Assembly (NCBI GenBank): GCA_964035545.1
Contig: OZ037766.1
Location: forward strand, 14,188,722 to 14,252,721
Direction of reading: 5' to 3'
From: Bugula neritina
Lineage: Eukaryota > Animalia > Bryozoa
Length of the DNA: 64,000 nt
Shown here piece after piece: positions 51,730-62,590 of the stretch; position 1 is the first letter of the stretch, and each line of letters starts with the position of its first letter. Made by a program: the position numbers and the translations under genes. The notes beneath the pieces were generated by a model. It was not told where the DNA came from. It ran no database searches and worked only from the letters and a program-made list of their open reading frames with translations.

Positions 51730-52874
51730 TATAGAATGACACTCTTTGCTATGACTCTTGCTTTAGAGTGACACTCTAGCTTATACAGCCTGACTAGGAA
51801 TAGGGAGGGTTTTAGACGTGATCAGAGTTTATTTGAGTCACCAAATACTGACCAAATGCTGACCAAACACTGACCGTAAAAACTAAAATAATAATGATAC
51901 AACATAAGGCATAAGGCAAACAAAATGTACGTAATATAATAAGTATGTATGTAAAAGCACTAGCAATGTATATCATAAATTGTAGATAGCAGCATGAAAT
52001 AATGATTCAACATAGCATGCAACTACAGCCCATATTATTAAAAACTTTATAACATAAAAATGTAATAACGATATATAATTGTAAATAGATGCTCATTACC
52101 TCTTTTCTCTCTCTCCTAGTCTACTGTTATGTTGATGCTGTGGCTTTGCACAGTCTTTCAAATAATGCTACTCTTTGGTAGTCTTACATAAATTTAATGC
52201 TGTCCAAACTGACAGCATGACTCTAACAATATTCCAACTACTAAAAATGGTTTTGTCTTATATACTAATCCATTTGATAAACATTATTGTGTTGTAAGAG
52301 GTATGATTTTACAATTTACTATTTTGGGGTAGGATCTTACTGTTTCAAGAAGTGGGCTGAAGTAAACAAGCATGTGTGACATCACAGCTGATGCAAGCAT
52401 AACTGCTGACTATGAATCATTCTACATGCGTAGCTACTGTTTTGGGGTAGTAATTAAAGAAGCATTAGGTTGACTACTGGCAGCTAGTGGTTATAGGCTA
52501 ATTTGAGGTTGATGACATTGTGATTGTGTGTGATTGTACTACAAGTTATAATATCTGTAAACATCCTATTTCGTAACATTACAAATACTATTTATAGAAA
52601 CTCAAAACAAAACAAAACATTGGAATTTCCATGGTTATTTCGCAATTATTGCGCAATACCTTGTTTACATTGCTGGGCAGTAGTTAACATGACCAACCAA
52701 AACAGTAACAATGAACAATGACCCATCTCTTTGATTAGTCTAGAATATTTATGAACATTCCTGTATAATCATTAGGAAAAACCCGATAAGTCTATTTATA
52801 GGTATATGTACACTCAGAATTTGTGACAACCCCCCATTCTAAGAGAAATTATCTTGATCATTTCTCCTAACTAC

Positions 52875-55800
52875 TTAAAATTCTGAGTCAATTCGGCTTA
52901 GATAATCGGCTCCAACATTGTCCTTTCCTTTGATTGACTCCACCTTGATTCTGAAGTTCTGTAAATACATAGCCCATCTCATCACTCTGCTGTTCTCAAA
53001 TTTGGCCTGGTTGATGTACACCAGCGGTTGGTGATCAGTCTGCAGCACGAACTCCACACCATATAAATATTGTAGATATTTCTTGACCGCCCATACCACA
53101 GCTAAGCATTCCTTCTCTATGGCTGAGTAGTTTCTCTCTCGGTCTAGTAATTTCCTACTTGCGTAGCTCACAGGGAACAGCTTTCCATCCTGAGGCTGCA
53201 TCAGCACTGCCCCTAGCCCAACATCTGATGCATCCGTCCTTAGCACAAACGGTTTGTGTACATCTGGCAATTTTAAAATTGGTGCACTTGTCAGCATTGT
53301 TTTTAAGGTGGTATACGCCTTCTCTTGTGGTTCCTGCCATTTGACTTTCTTTGGTTCTCCCTTCTTTGTTAAATCCGTTAGTGGACTCGCTATGGTTGAA
53401 TAATGAGGGATATATTCTCTGTAGTAACTAGTAAGTCCAATGAACGATCTCACTTGCGTCTTATTGGTTGGCCTTGGCGCAGCCCTAATTTTCTCAATGT
53501 TGTCATCCATTGGTTTAATTTCACCCCTGTAAAGTTTATGTCCAATGAACTCCATGTTTGTTCCTCCTACTCTACATTTACTTGGTCTAACGGTAAGTCC
53601 AGCTGTGGCAAGTCGGCTGAAAACTTCTGTTAGCATTTTAACGTGTTCTCCCCAACTTTCCGTGTGCACTAGAATGTCATCAATGTAGTTGTCCACTCCT
53701 TTCAGGTTTACAAAAAGTTTTCTCAACCCTCTCACCAGTGTCGCTCCAGAGTTAACCATCCCAAATGGCATCTTGATGAATTCATAATGTCCATCGGGTG
53801 TCACAAATGCAGTTTTAGGAATATCTTCTTTCTTCACTGGTATTTGCCAGTATCCCTTGGATAAATCAAGTTTGGTAAAGTATTTATCTTTACTGAGCTT
53901 TCTGAAAACGTCATCTGTTTTCACCATTGGTTCGGGATCGAATACTGAGACTCGGTTTAGTTTGCGATAGTCTATACAAATCCTGTTGCTTCCATCTGGC
54001 TTCTTTACTATCACCGTTGGTGAGGCGTAGGGAGAGGTAGATGGCCGAATAACACCCATCTTCAACATGTCCTCGATGTCCGTCTTGAGAGTTTCTCTTA
54101 CCCTGTAGGGCAATCCATATGGTTTGGATTTCACTGGCTCATCAGTCGTGAGCTCGATAGAATGTTCTATTCCCGTTGCATTTCCTGGCAAGTCACTGAA
54201 GATACCTTCAAACTTTCTTAGTAACTCCTCCAGCTGTCTTCTTTGCTGATTCTCCAGCTCTTCACTCAGAATGACATCTTTACTTGTTTCTGTCTGCTGT
54301 TTCTTACCATACAGGTCCAACAAATCATCTTGGCCTTCTTCTCTTTCCTCATCATGATCAATAATTCCAGTACCAGCAGCATCTAAAGTCATCACAGCCC
54401 CAACAGTCATAGGGTCGGTAGGCGTCTCCCGCTCAAAATATTTCTTCAGCATGTTGGCATGGTATGTTCTCCTCTTGCCTCTAATGTTGATAATGTAGTC
54501 ATTCAGTCTGACTTTCTCCTCAATATTGAATGGTCCTTGCCAATGCATCAGCAATTTATTTCCATCCGTAGGTAGAAGAATGAGCACTTTGTCACCAGGT
54601 CTGAAGTCTCTCTGCTTAGCTTTCTTGTCAAAATAGTGTTTGTATCTTTTTTGACTGTCTTTTAGCGAAGCTAGTGCCATCTCCATCATGTCATCTAAAC
54701 GCTCTCTCAATTCAAAAACATGCTGATAGCAGGTCTTGACTTCATCGGCAGTGTCTTCTTTTGTCCAAAGTTGTCGCAGGATGTACATTGGTCCACGTAC
54801 AGTTCTTCCATAGAGTAACTCGAATGGGGCGAAGCCTGTTGATTCCTGTGGGACTTCTCTATATGCAAATAGAGCCGCATTGATGAACCGATGCCACTGT
54901 CTTGGCTCTTTAGCACACAACTTTTTTAACATACTTTTGAGGGTTCCGTTGAACTTTTCCACAAGTCCATTGGCCATTGCATGGTATGGTGAAGTAGGAA
55001 GTTGTCGCATGTCAAGTAATCTGGTAAACTCTTTCATGTAGTCCGAGATGAATTGAGTTCCTTGGTCGCTTATCACCTCCTCTGGTATCCCAACACGACT
55101 GTATATGTCAAGCAGCGCTTCAGCTACAGTAGCTGAGTCAATGTTCTTCAATGGTGTAGCTTCAGGATATCTTGTAGCATAGTCAACTAAAGTTAGGGTG
55201 TAGCGGTGTCCTTTCTCACTTGGAGGGTTAATTGGTCCGATTAGGTCTATTGCACATCTCTTGAATGGGGTGTCAATTAGTGGAGTTTCTTGTACTGGGA
55301 CTTTCATGACTGAGCCTTTTTTCACTGTTTTCTGGCAAATGTCACATGACTGACAGAAACGTACGACATCTCCGTTTAGTCCTGGCCAGAAGAAGTTGGA
55401 AAGCACTCTATCAGTGGTTTTCTTTACTCCTAGGTGTCCGCTCATTATGCAGTCATGAGCTTTCTGTAGAACTTCCTTCCTCAGTGAACTGGGTACCATG
55501 AGTTGTTTAACAGGTTTTACACTGACAGACTTCGAGTCGGTGTACTCACGGTACAGAATCTTATTCCTCACCACAAACCTAGTGGTGCATCCCTTTTTCT
55601 CCTTCACTTCTTTTGCATCAAAGAAACGTTCCAATGTGGGGTCGTCCCTCTGCAGTCTGGCTATCTCATCTTTCCCTATACTTAATGGGTTAGCATTTGA
55701 ATCAATCTTCAGTGGTTTGTCTCCTGACTTTTCCTTGACAGCTTGAGCTCTTGTGGTTACGGCGCAGTCCTTCCAGTTTTCCAGCGGCTGGTCAGCTGAT

Positions 55801-57311
55801 CTTGCTCCATCCACATTCCCAATAAGCAGGTCACAAATCGTCTTGTCCATTACTGCAGCTTTGACGACACCATTGTAAAATGGTGAGCGTACTGAGATAA
55901 GTGCCCACTGAGCCTCCCTAACACTTGCATCAGCCATATTCAGATAAACTGATTCTCCAGTTAAGTGTTGAGGTTGCACATACTTTGCATTGACTACAAT
56001 GCAACCACAGCCGGTGTCGCGCATTACAGTAGCTCGTTGGCCATTAACTTCCGCATCAAATATTGCTGTGCCCCCATCTTTGAATTTAGGTCCATTCTTG
56101 CAGACAGCAGCGTTGACAAACTTTTTACCATTAACTGTGATTTCCGTAGGTTCTTCCACTTTAGATGAAATTCCTGGATCTGTGACCACAGTCTTATTCT
56201 GAGTAGTCGCTATTGCAGCAGCAGCATGCACTGACCTTCCACCATACTTTCTGCAGTCTGAAGTATTGTGATTGTTCATCTTGCAATGTGAACAGTACTT
56301 CTTCCCTCGCCGTGGGCAATTACGAGCAATGTGTGACTTATCTTTGCAGATGAAGCATGCCCCATCGCTTTTACTTCCTTGTTCAGCATTCATGCTACCG
56401 GTGGGTGTGTTTTCCATCCTTTTTGTATTAGTTTTCTTAGTCTTTGCTAGTTTTCTTCCACGGGCGTGCAAAAACAGTGATGCTGCATCACACATATCTT
56501 CACTGCTGTTGTAGGAACTTTGCTTTAAATGCACAGCTAGGTCGTCTGGGCATGATGATATAAATTGTTCAGTCGCCACTAGTTTGGCTATGTCCATGCC
56601 CCCTGAAAGCTCCACCCACTTGTGCACGTAAGTTTCTATCCTAGTGAATAGTTGGGCAGGAGTTTCATCCTCGTAAGCTTCTGCCTCTCTGAGCTTTTTT
56701 CTGTAGCCCTCTTGAGTCAAGTTAAAGCGCTCCAACAAGGCTTCTTTGACTTTTTTATAATCTCTGCGATCGGTAGGTGACAACCGGATGTAAGCTTTTG
56801 TTGCTGTACCCCTTAGGTACTGACTGAGATGGTAGGGCCAATCTCCCTTGTCCCAGTTACATCCTTCGGCAACCCACTCGAACCGCTCTAAATAGCTATC
56901 CATTTCGTCTACCTTCTCATCAAAGAATGGTATTATTGGTTTTGGCTTATTAGCTATTTCTAACCTGGTGCTTTCATGTTTTGAGTGCTCCAAACTTGTG
57001 TTAGCTTTCAGCTTTTCCATATCTAATTCATGTCGTTGTCTTCTCTCTTCTGCCTCCTGGTCAGCTTTTATCTTCATCTCCATTAAGGCTTTCTCATTTT
57101 CTTGCTTGATCCTTTCCGCCTCACGCTCTAATCTACGCTCCTCTCGGTCCTTTTCTTTTTCCTCTCGGTCCTTTTCTTTTTCCTCTCGTGCCTTTTCTTT
57201 TTCCTCTTGTGCAGCAACAATGGGTAGGTTCTTTTCAACAAAAGCTACGAGCTTGTCCTCCACCAGTCCAAGATCTTTACCCATCTGTGTCACTCTCTCC
57301 AACAACGCCAT
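52875..57311 (-). CDS. Gag-Pol polyprotein: Gag (2 CCHC), protease (DTG), integrase, RT (YIDD), RNase H
   Basis: Uninterrupted 1478 aa. Integrase (AHD...GHLG...CQSCDIC; IDL, ISDQG, GLVEKFN) precedes RT (PYASP, LDLSKGYWQ, YIDD) and RNase H (TDAS, EKECLA, TDH). Confidence 0.95.
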   Translation of the reverse strand: MALLERVTQMGKDLGLVEDKLVAFVEKNLPIVAAQEEKEKAREEKEKDREEKEKDREERRLEREAERIKQENEKALMEMKIKADQEAEERRQRHELDMEKLKANTSLEHSKHESTRLEIANKPKPIIPFFDEKVDEMDSYLERFEWVAEGCNWDKGDWPYHLSQYLRGTATKAYIRLSPTDRRDYKKVKEALLERFNLTQEGYRKKLREAEAYEDETPAQLFTRIETYVHKWVELSGGMDIAKLVATEQFISSCPDDLAVHLKQSSYNSSEDMCDAASLFLHARGRKLAKTKKTNTKRMENTPTGSMNAEQGSKSDGACFICKDKSHIARNCPRRGKKYCSHCKMNNHNTSDCRKYGGRSVHAAAAIATTQNKTVVTDPGISSKVEEPTEITVNGKKFVNAAVCKNGPKFKDGGTAIFDAEVNGQRATVMRDTGCGCIVVNAKYVQPQHLTGESVYLNMADASVREAQWALISVRSPFYNGVVKAAVMDKTICDLLIGNVDGARSADQPLENWKDCAVTTRAQAVKEKSGDKPLKIDSNANPLSIGKDEIARLQRDDPTLERFFDAKEVKEKKGCTTRFVVRNKILYREYTDSKSVSVKPVKQLMVPSSLRKEVLQKAHDCIMSGHLGVKKTTDRVLSNFFWPGLNGDVVRFCQSCDICQKTVKKGSVMKVPVQETPLIDTPFKRCAIDLIGPINPPSEKGHRYTLTLVDYATRYPEATPLKNIDSATVAEALLDIYSRVGIPEEVISDQGTQFISDYMKEFTRLLDMRQLPTSPYHAMANGLVEKFNGTLKSMLKKLCAKEPRQWHRFINAALFAYREVPQESTGFAPFELLYGRTVRGPMYILRQLWTKEDTADEVKTCYQHVFELRERLDDMMEMALASLKDSQKRYKHYFDKKAKQRDFRPGDKVLILLPTDGNKLLMHWQGPFNIEEKVRLNDYIINIRGKRRTYHANMLKKYFERETPTDPMTVGAVMTLDAAGTGIIDHDEEREEGQDDLLDLYGKKQQTETSKDVILSEELENQQRRQLEELLRKFEGIFSDLPGNATGIEHSIELTTDEPVKSKPYGLPYRVRETLKTDIEDMLKMGVIRPSTSPYASPTVIVKKPDGSNRICIDYRKLNRVSVFDPEPMVKTDDVFRKLSKDKYFTKLDLSKGYWQIPVKKEDIPKTAFVTPDGHYEFIKMPFGMVNSGATLVRGLRKLFVNLKGVDNYIDDILVHTESWGEHVKMLTEVFSRLATAGLTVRPSKCRVGGTNMEFIGHKLYRGEIKPMDDNIEKIRAAPRPTNKTQVRSFIGLTSYYREYIPHYSTIASPLTDLTKKGEPKKVKWQEPQEKAYTTLKTMLTSAPILKLPDVHKPFVLRTDASDVGLGAVLMQPQDGKLFPVSYASRKLLDRERNYSAIEKECLAVVWAVKKYLQYLYGVEFVLQTDHQPLVYINQAKFENSRVMRWAMYLQNFRIKVESIKGKDNVGADYLSRIDSEF

Positions 57312-57955
57312 AATGTCTCAACAACTGTTAATTAATCCTGTGTATACTCACGTTGTAACTAATAACTTCCCTGTGTGCGACTGAGACTTCCCGGAGCAGC
57401 CCCCAATTGTCACAAAACTGTAGGTAGCAGTGTGACGAGTTCGAAAAGTCTGGTAGTCAGAAGTATAGAGACAAGTAGCATACAGCTTGCTAATCCAGTT
57501 GAGAGTAATAGAGTTGTGGATATAAGTAGACTTTATTTCTCTAGTAAGATATGCACAGATGAATTTGTAAAAATTAACTCCGAGAATGAACTTATAAAAA
57601 TGAACTGATTCGTAAACACAACTGCCTCAGTATTTATAGTAAACAGAAAAACTCTAGAACATTCTCAAGCATTCCAGTATAGAAGATTCTAGTAGGAAAC
57701 ATTCCCCACATGCCAATACTATTTATAGAAACTCAAAACAAAACAAAACATTGGAATTTCCATGGTTATTTCGCAATTATTGCGCAATACCTTGTTTACA
57801 TTGCTGGGCAGTAGTTAACATGACCAACCAAAACAGTAACAATGAACAATGACCCATCTCTTTGATTAGTCTAGAATATTTATGAACATTCCTGTATAAT
57901 CATTAGGAAAAACCCGATAAGTCTATTTATAGGTATATGTACACTCAGAATTTGT

Positions 57956-57959
<4 letters not shown>

Positions 57960-57996
<37 letters not shown>

Positions 57997-58122
57997 TGAC
58001 ATATATAGCACTAAATTCATTCAGGCAGTAAACAAAAGTCAGTAAAAGAGCTGTTTAGTTTTCTTAATAAATAAATAATAATACATATACAAATAAATAA
58101 TGTGCATGTAACATATATGTCA

Positions 58123-58196
<74 letters not shown>

Positions 58197-58322
58197 TGAC
58201 ATATATGTTACATGCACATTATTTATTTGTATATGTATTATTATTTATTTATTAAGAAAACTAAACAGCTCTTTTACTGACTTTTGTTTACTGCCTGAAT
58301 GAATTTAGTGCTATATATGTCA

Positions 58323-58357
<35 letters not shown>
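57960..58357. repeat. Perfect palindrome: two inverted 128-bp units with CTGACATATAT termini, separated and flanked by (TA)n
   Basis: 57996-58123 is the reverse complement of 58196-58323; a direct copy lacking the left terminus lies at ~43980-44100. Confidence 0.92.
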
Positions 58358-58364
<7 letters not shown>

Positions 58365-58743
58365 AAAATATATTCATGTAAAATGCATTACAGATAGTGC
58401 ATGCATGCAGCCCTAAATCATGAATTTCATATTATATCTCTATATGCAGTATATTAACAAGAAATAATTGTCTGCTATTGTTTATATTATAAGAGACATT
58501 AAGGCGCAAAATAGTGTTGATAGTCCCTTAGCTACACCCTAGTGAATGGTTTATAACAGATGCTAAACTCATGGGTAAAGCGTAGCTACTCATGTTCTTT
58601 ATGATAGTCTCCCAGCCTGCCTACAAGAAAGTTATCTGTCATATCAGTTGTTTCAGTTTTGCTATAAGCAGTGTGATGCATTGTGCTGATTCCGGGCTTT
58701 ACAAATAATCTGGGCCATGACTGATGAAATATTCTGATAAAGT

Positions 58744-61700
58744 ATGGATGACCGTATAATAGCTCTGGCAGATGCTATTAATTCAGCAGCTCCGGGTAAG
58801 TTATTTTTTCAACTATTCACTTAAATACATTTGCAGTTCTACATTAAAGTCTGTTGTAATCATTTAAAACACATATATCATTTAAAGTCCCTCATAAATA
58901 AATCATTGCTTTATTTTATTTTATTACAAAGTTCCAAACATATTTGTAATATAATCTTTCCATACTTCAACTAAAAGGTACATGTATAGTATGGTTTTGT
59001 GTTTTACTTTAAAGCACCAATCTCTATTTAATGTTGACTAACCAAGTAATAAAGTATGTAAAATCAGTGAGCTATTTAATGAGAATAAGTCTGGTATGAT
59101 TGCTAGCTGGAGCACAATCTGTAGTAAGATACAATTTGAGAACACTTTCCCCTACTCTGCCGTCCCAAAGTAAAATAGTTCCGTATATAAAGCTGACAAA
59201 AAACTATGAAAGAAAGTGGCACAGAGCCATGAGAAAGGCTAAAATAGTGAATATGTTGATGAGAATGGGCAGAGATCGGGTGAAGAGGAGAGAGAGTGAT
59301 GAAAAACTTCACCTTGAGGTACGTATGCTGTGCTATAACAGGGATAGCAAGATGCTATAATGTATACTATATACTGTGCTATAACAGGGATAGCAAGATG
59401 CTATAATGTATACTATATGCTATGCTATAACAGGGATAGCAAGATGCTATAATGTATACTATATACTGTGATATAACAAAGATAGCAAGATGCTATGATG
59501 TATACTATATACTGTGCTATAACAGGGATAGCAAGATGCTATGAGGTACGTATACTGTGCTATAACAAAGATAGCAAGATGCTATGATGTATACTATATG
59601 CTATGCTATAACAGGGATAGCAAGATGCTATAATGTATACTATATACTGTGCTATAACAAAGATAGCAAGATGCTATGATGTATACTATATGCTATGCTA
59701 TAACATGGATAGCAAGATGCTATAATGTATACTATATACTGTGCTATAACAGGGATAGCAAGATGCTATGATGTATACTATATGCTATGCTATAACATGG
59801 ATAGCAAGATGATTTAATGTATCCTATATGCTATGCTATAATTTAAATAGCAAAATGTTATAATGTATAGTGTATACTGTGTTATATACTCTCTACAAAT
59901 GTTGAATGTTGAATAATAATTCTATAGGTAAAGTTGGATACGGTGAATAAACAAAAGGAAAAACAAATGGAGGACAAAACCTGTGAAAATTCTACCAGTC
60001 TCTTACAAGAATGTGACATTAGGTATAAATTATATGAATCGGTTCGCTAACTGGTTAGCAAAGTATTAAAGCTAAACTAATGATATATATAATTGAAATA
60101 CAGGCAACATTTAACTCCACCATACTAAGCCTCCAGCCCTATGCTTTTACAGAAACAAGACAATTGAAAAATGTTCAAAAGACAAGCCATGTGCCGATCA
60201 GCAAGTAGAAGAGAGTGTCCATGTCAGTGGCAGCGATGGAGCAGATGAGGTTGTGAATGCTGTTGCTATACAGGTTGGATACAGACTGTATTCTTTTAAA
60301 TTCATATTTATAAATGTGGCTGGCAGGTAATGAATTTAATATGGCTCTGTGCAATAAAATACATTATCATAGTTATGGGCTGTTATATTGTAATAATGCT
60401 AGCCACAAAACAAAGCCTCTATAATTATGCCAAAATTTCTTGCATAATTTTGCTCTTTTACAAAATTATTACTGTAGATGCCGTAAGAAAAAAAGTTTTG
60501 CCGCTATATACTTATATAGATGTATTTAATATGTTCGGAGTGGCTTAGAACGTATTTTATGTTTAGTTAAATAACAATTATTTTAGACAGACATTGTGCC
60601 TGTCCCTCCATTGAATGTACTCAAACAAAAGCCAAGGAAGAAAAAGTCAAGATCTTTGCAAGTTGCCATGACAAATGGCCACCTAGACCTGGCTACTCTT
60701 CGTCAGCTGGAGATAACGTACGGTTGTTGATTTATATATTAAATATTATGTTTATTGATTTGTTTCTTTCAGCTGCGTCCTTGGATATGATTGGTTAGTT
60801 TTATCAGTTAGAGAATAGCTTCTTGAGTAAACAAATTATTATAATATAATTTATTCAGGTCTAACAGCAATAATAAAGAAAGTAAAGGGAAGGGAGCACA
60901 GGTGACAAATAAAAGAAAGAAGATGCTGTCAATTACCAAAAGAAAGCTGAAAGAAAATGAAAGCAGTGAGTCAATGCATAACATTAAATTATTTTTATTA
61001 GAATTTTCCCTAATATTCTTACAATAGACTGTATATACATATAAGGAATTTTCATTTCTTTAATATTTTCAGCATCAAATGTTGAAAAAAAAATCAAGTT
61101 TTTAGCATACATTTTGATTTGTCAAACAGTTTCCTGCAAAAAAGAATACCATGACATTTGAATATTGAAAATAGCTGCATGCAGTTTTTCACTATGTACT
61201 ATGACTTTAAATCTAGGTTGAAGTTAGTTTCTTTGGCCACATTTTCTTCCAAATAGTTTGAAAGTTTTTACAATACAACTTATTTATAAATTACAACAAC
61301 CACTTTTAAGAGCTTCATTTCAACAAATATTTGATCACTTAATAGGTTTTCTCATGCAAGAAATGTATTTGCCTTACATTAGAAGGATGATGGCAAATTT
61401 TTTACCTATGATATTAGTTGCTCAGTTAATATATGCATCGCTACAGTTGCTACAATTATTTCTGAATGTCTAATCATAAGCTTTTTTATTAATTACAATA
61501 ATTTGAAGTATAAGCATAAAAAGTTAGATCAATATGCTTATAATCATTAAAACCACCAAATCAAATTTAATATTTATTTATCTGTCATGAAAGCTTAAAT
61601 GGAACAATATTAATTGGCAGAAATGTTCTTATGTGGTATATCAATAGCTTCCTTCTATAGCCACTAGAGTTTAGTGCTGAAAATAAACCAACTGAAATAA

Positions 61701-62365
61701 AACTGATTATCAAAACAAGATTACATGATGATAATGTCTTATAATGTGCAGGAAAAGGGAAAATAAAACTTAGTACAGGTGGAGCATGCAACTTTTGGCA
61801 GTGTTTTTTCTTTTTATGATTAGTAGAACTTTTGGATTCCTTACTCGCTCTGAAACAATTAGAATTTGTTGATTAAATCTTACCTAATTTACTTTATGCA
61901 CTACAAGAACAATTCTTGAAAGTGCCATGCTTAATATCATTCATACCGACTTGATGCTTTTCAGCATGCAAAGATAGACCTACAAACATACAAAGATCAA
62001 AATTAGAACCAGGACATAAATTTGTTGAATTAACACAAAACAGAAAAGGTGACAACAAGCCTATATATAGAAAGAACTTAGCTAGTAGAAAGACCAAGTA
62101 TAGACAGAAGTCAGAACTTCTGACAAACAAAGTAAAAGATAAACAGCTGAGCCAATCAGGAACCAGAAAGAACAAAGCTGGAAAGTCTAGGTATTTCTAT
62201 GTGTGCGTATGTTTAAATATAGTGGTGTTTGTGTATCCGCTAATTGTAAAATGCTTAATAATATGCAAGTACTAGAGCAAGGTCAAATATAGTGACAACT
62301 GGTATTTCAAAAAGCTAGTCAGATTTAGCGATAAAACATTCTATTACCCTTGTAGAATATTTTAT

Positions 62366-62451
<86 letters not shown>

Positions 62452-62452
62452 C

Positions 62453-62512
<60 letters not shown>

Positions 62513-62515
62513 ATA

Positions 62516-62590
<75 letters not shown>

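Larger units (their letters stand above)
44434..52583 (-). mobile_element. Full-length BEL/Pao LTR retrotransposon
   Basis: 854-bp LTRs 44434-45287 and 51730-52583 (one difference seen, 44481 vs 51777); TSD AATAC at 44429-44433 and 52584-52588; PPT AAAGGGGGGAG next to 45287. Confidence 0.95.
44122..57959 (-). mobile_element. Gmr1-like Ty3/Gypsy LTR retrotransposon; its 3' LTR is split by the nested BEL/Pao element
   Basis: 552-bp 5' LTR 57408-57959 (TGTCACA...TGTGACA); 3' LTR halves 44122-44433 and 52584-52828; PBS TGGGGGCTGCTCCGGGAA (57405-57388), 15/18 to the tRNA-Pro PBS; PPT at 52830-52840; flanked by TATAT within (TA)n. Confidence 0.93.

Noticed and set aside
51499-51771. ORFs with repeated peptides, and a CRISPR-like look of the 27-bp array
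   Set aside because: Contiguous tandem repeat without spacers in an LTR leader; eukaryotic context with no cas genes.
58017-58302. Identical 66-aa YIYIYI ORFs on both strands
   Set aside because: Artefact of the palindrome and the (TA)n tract.
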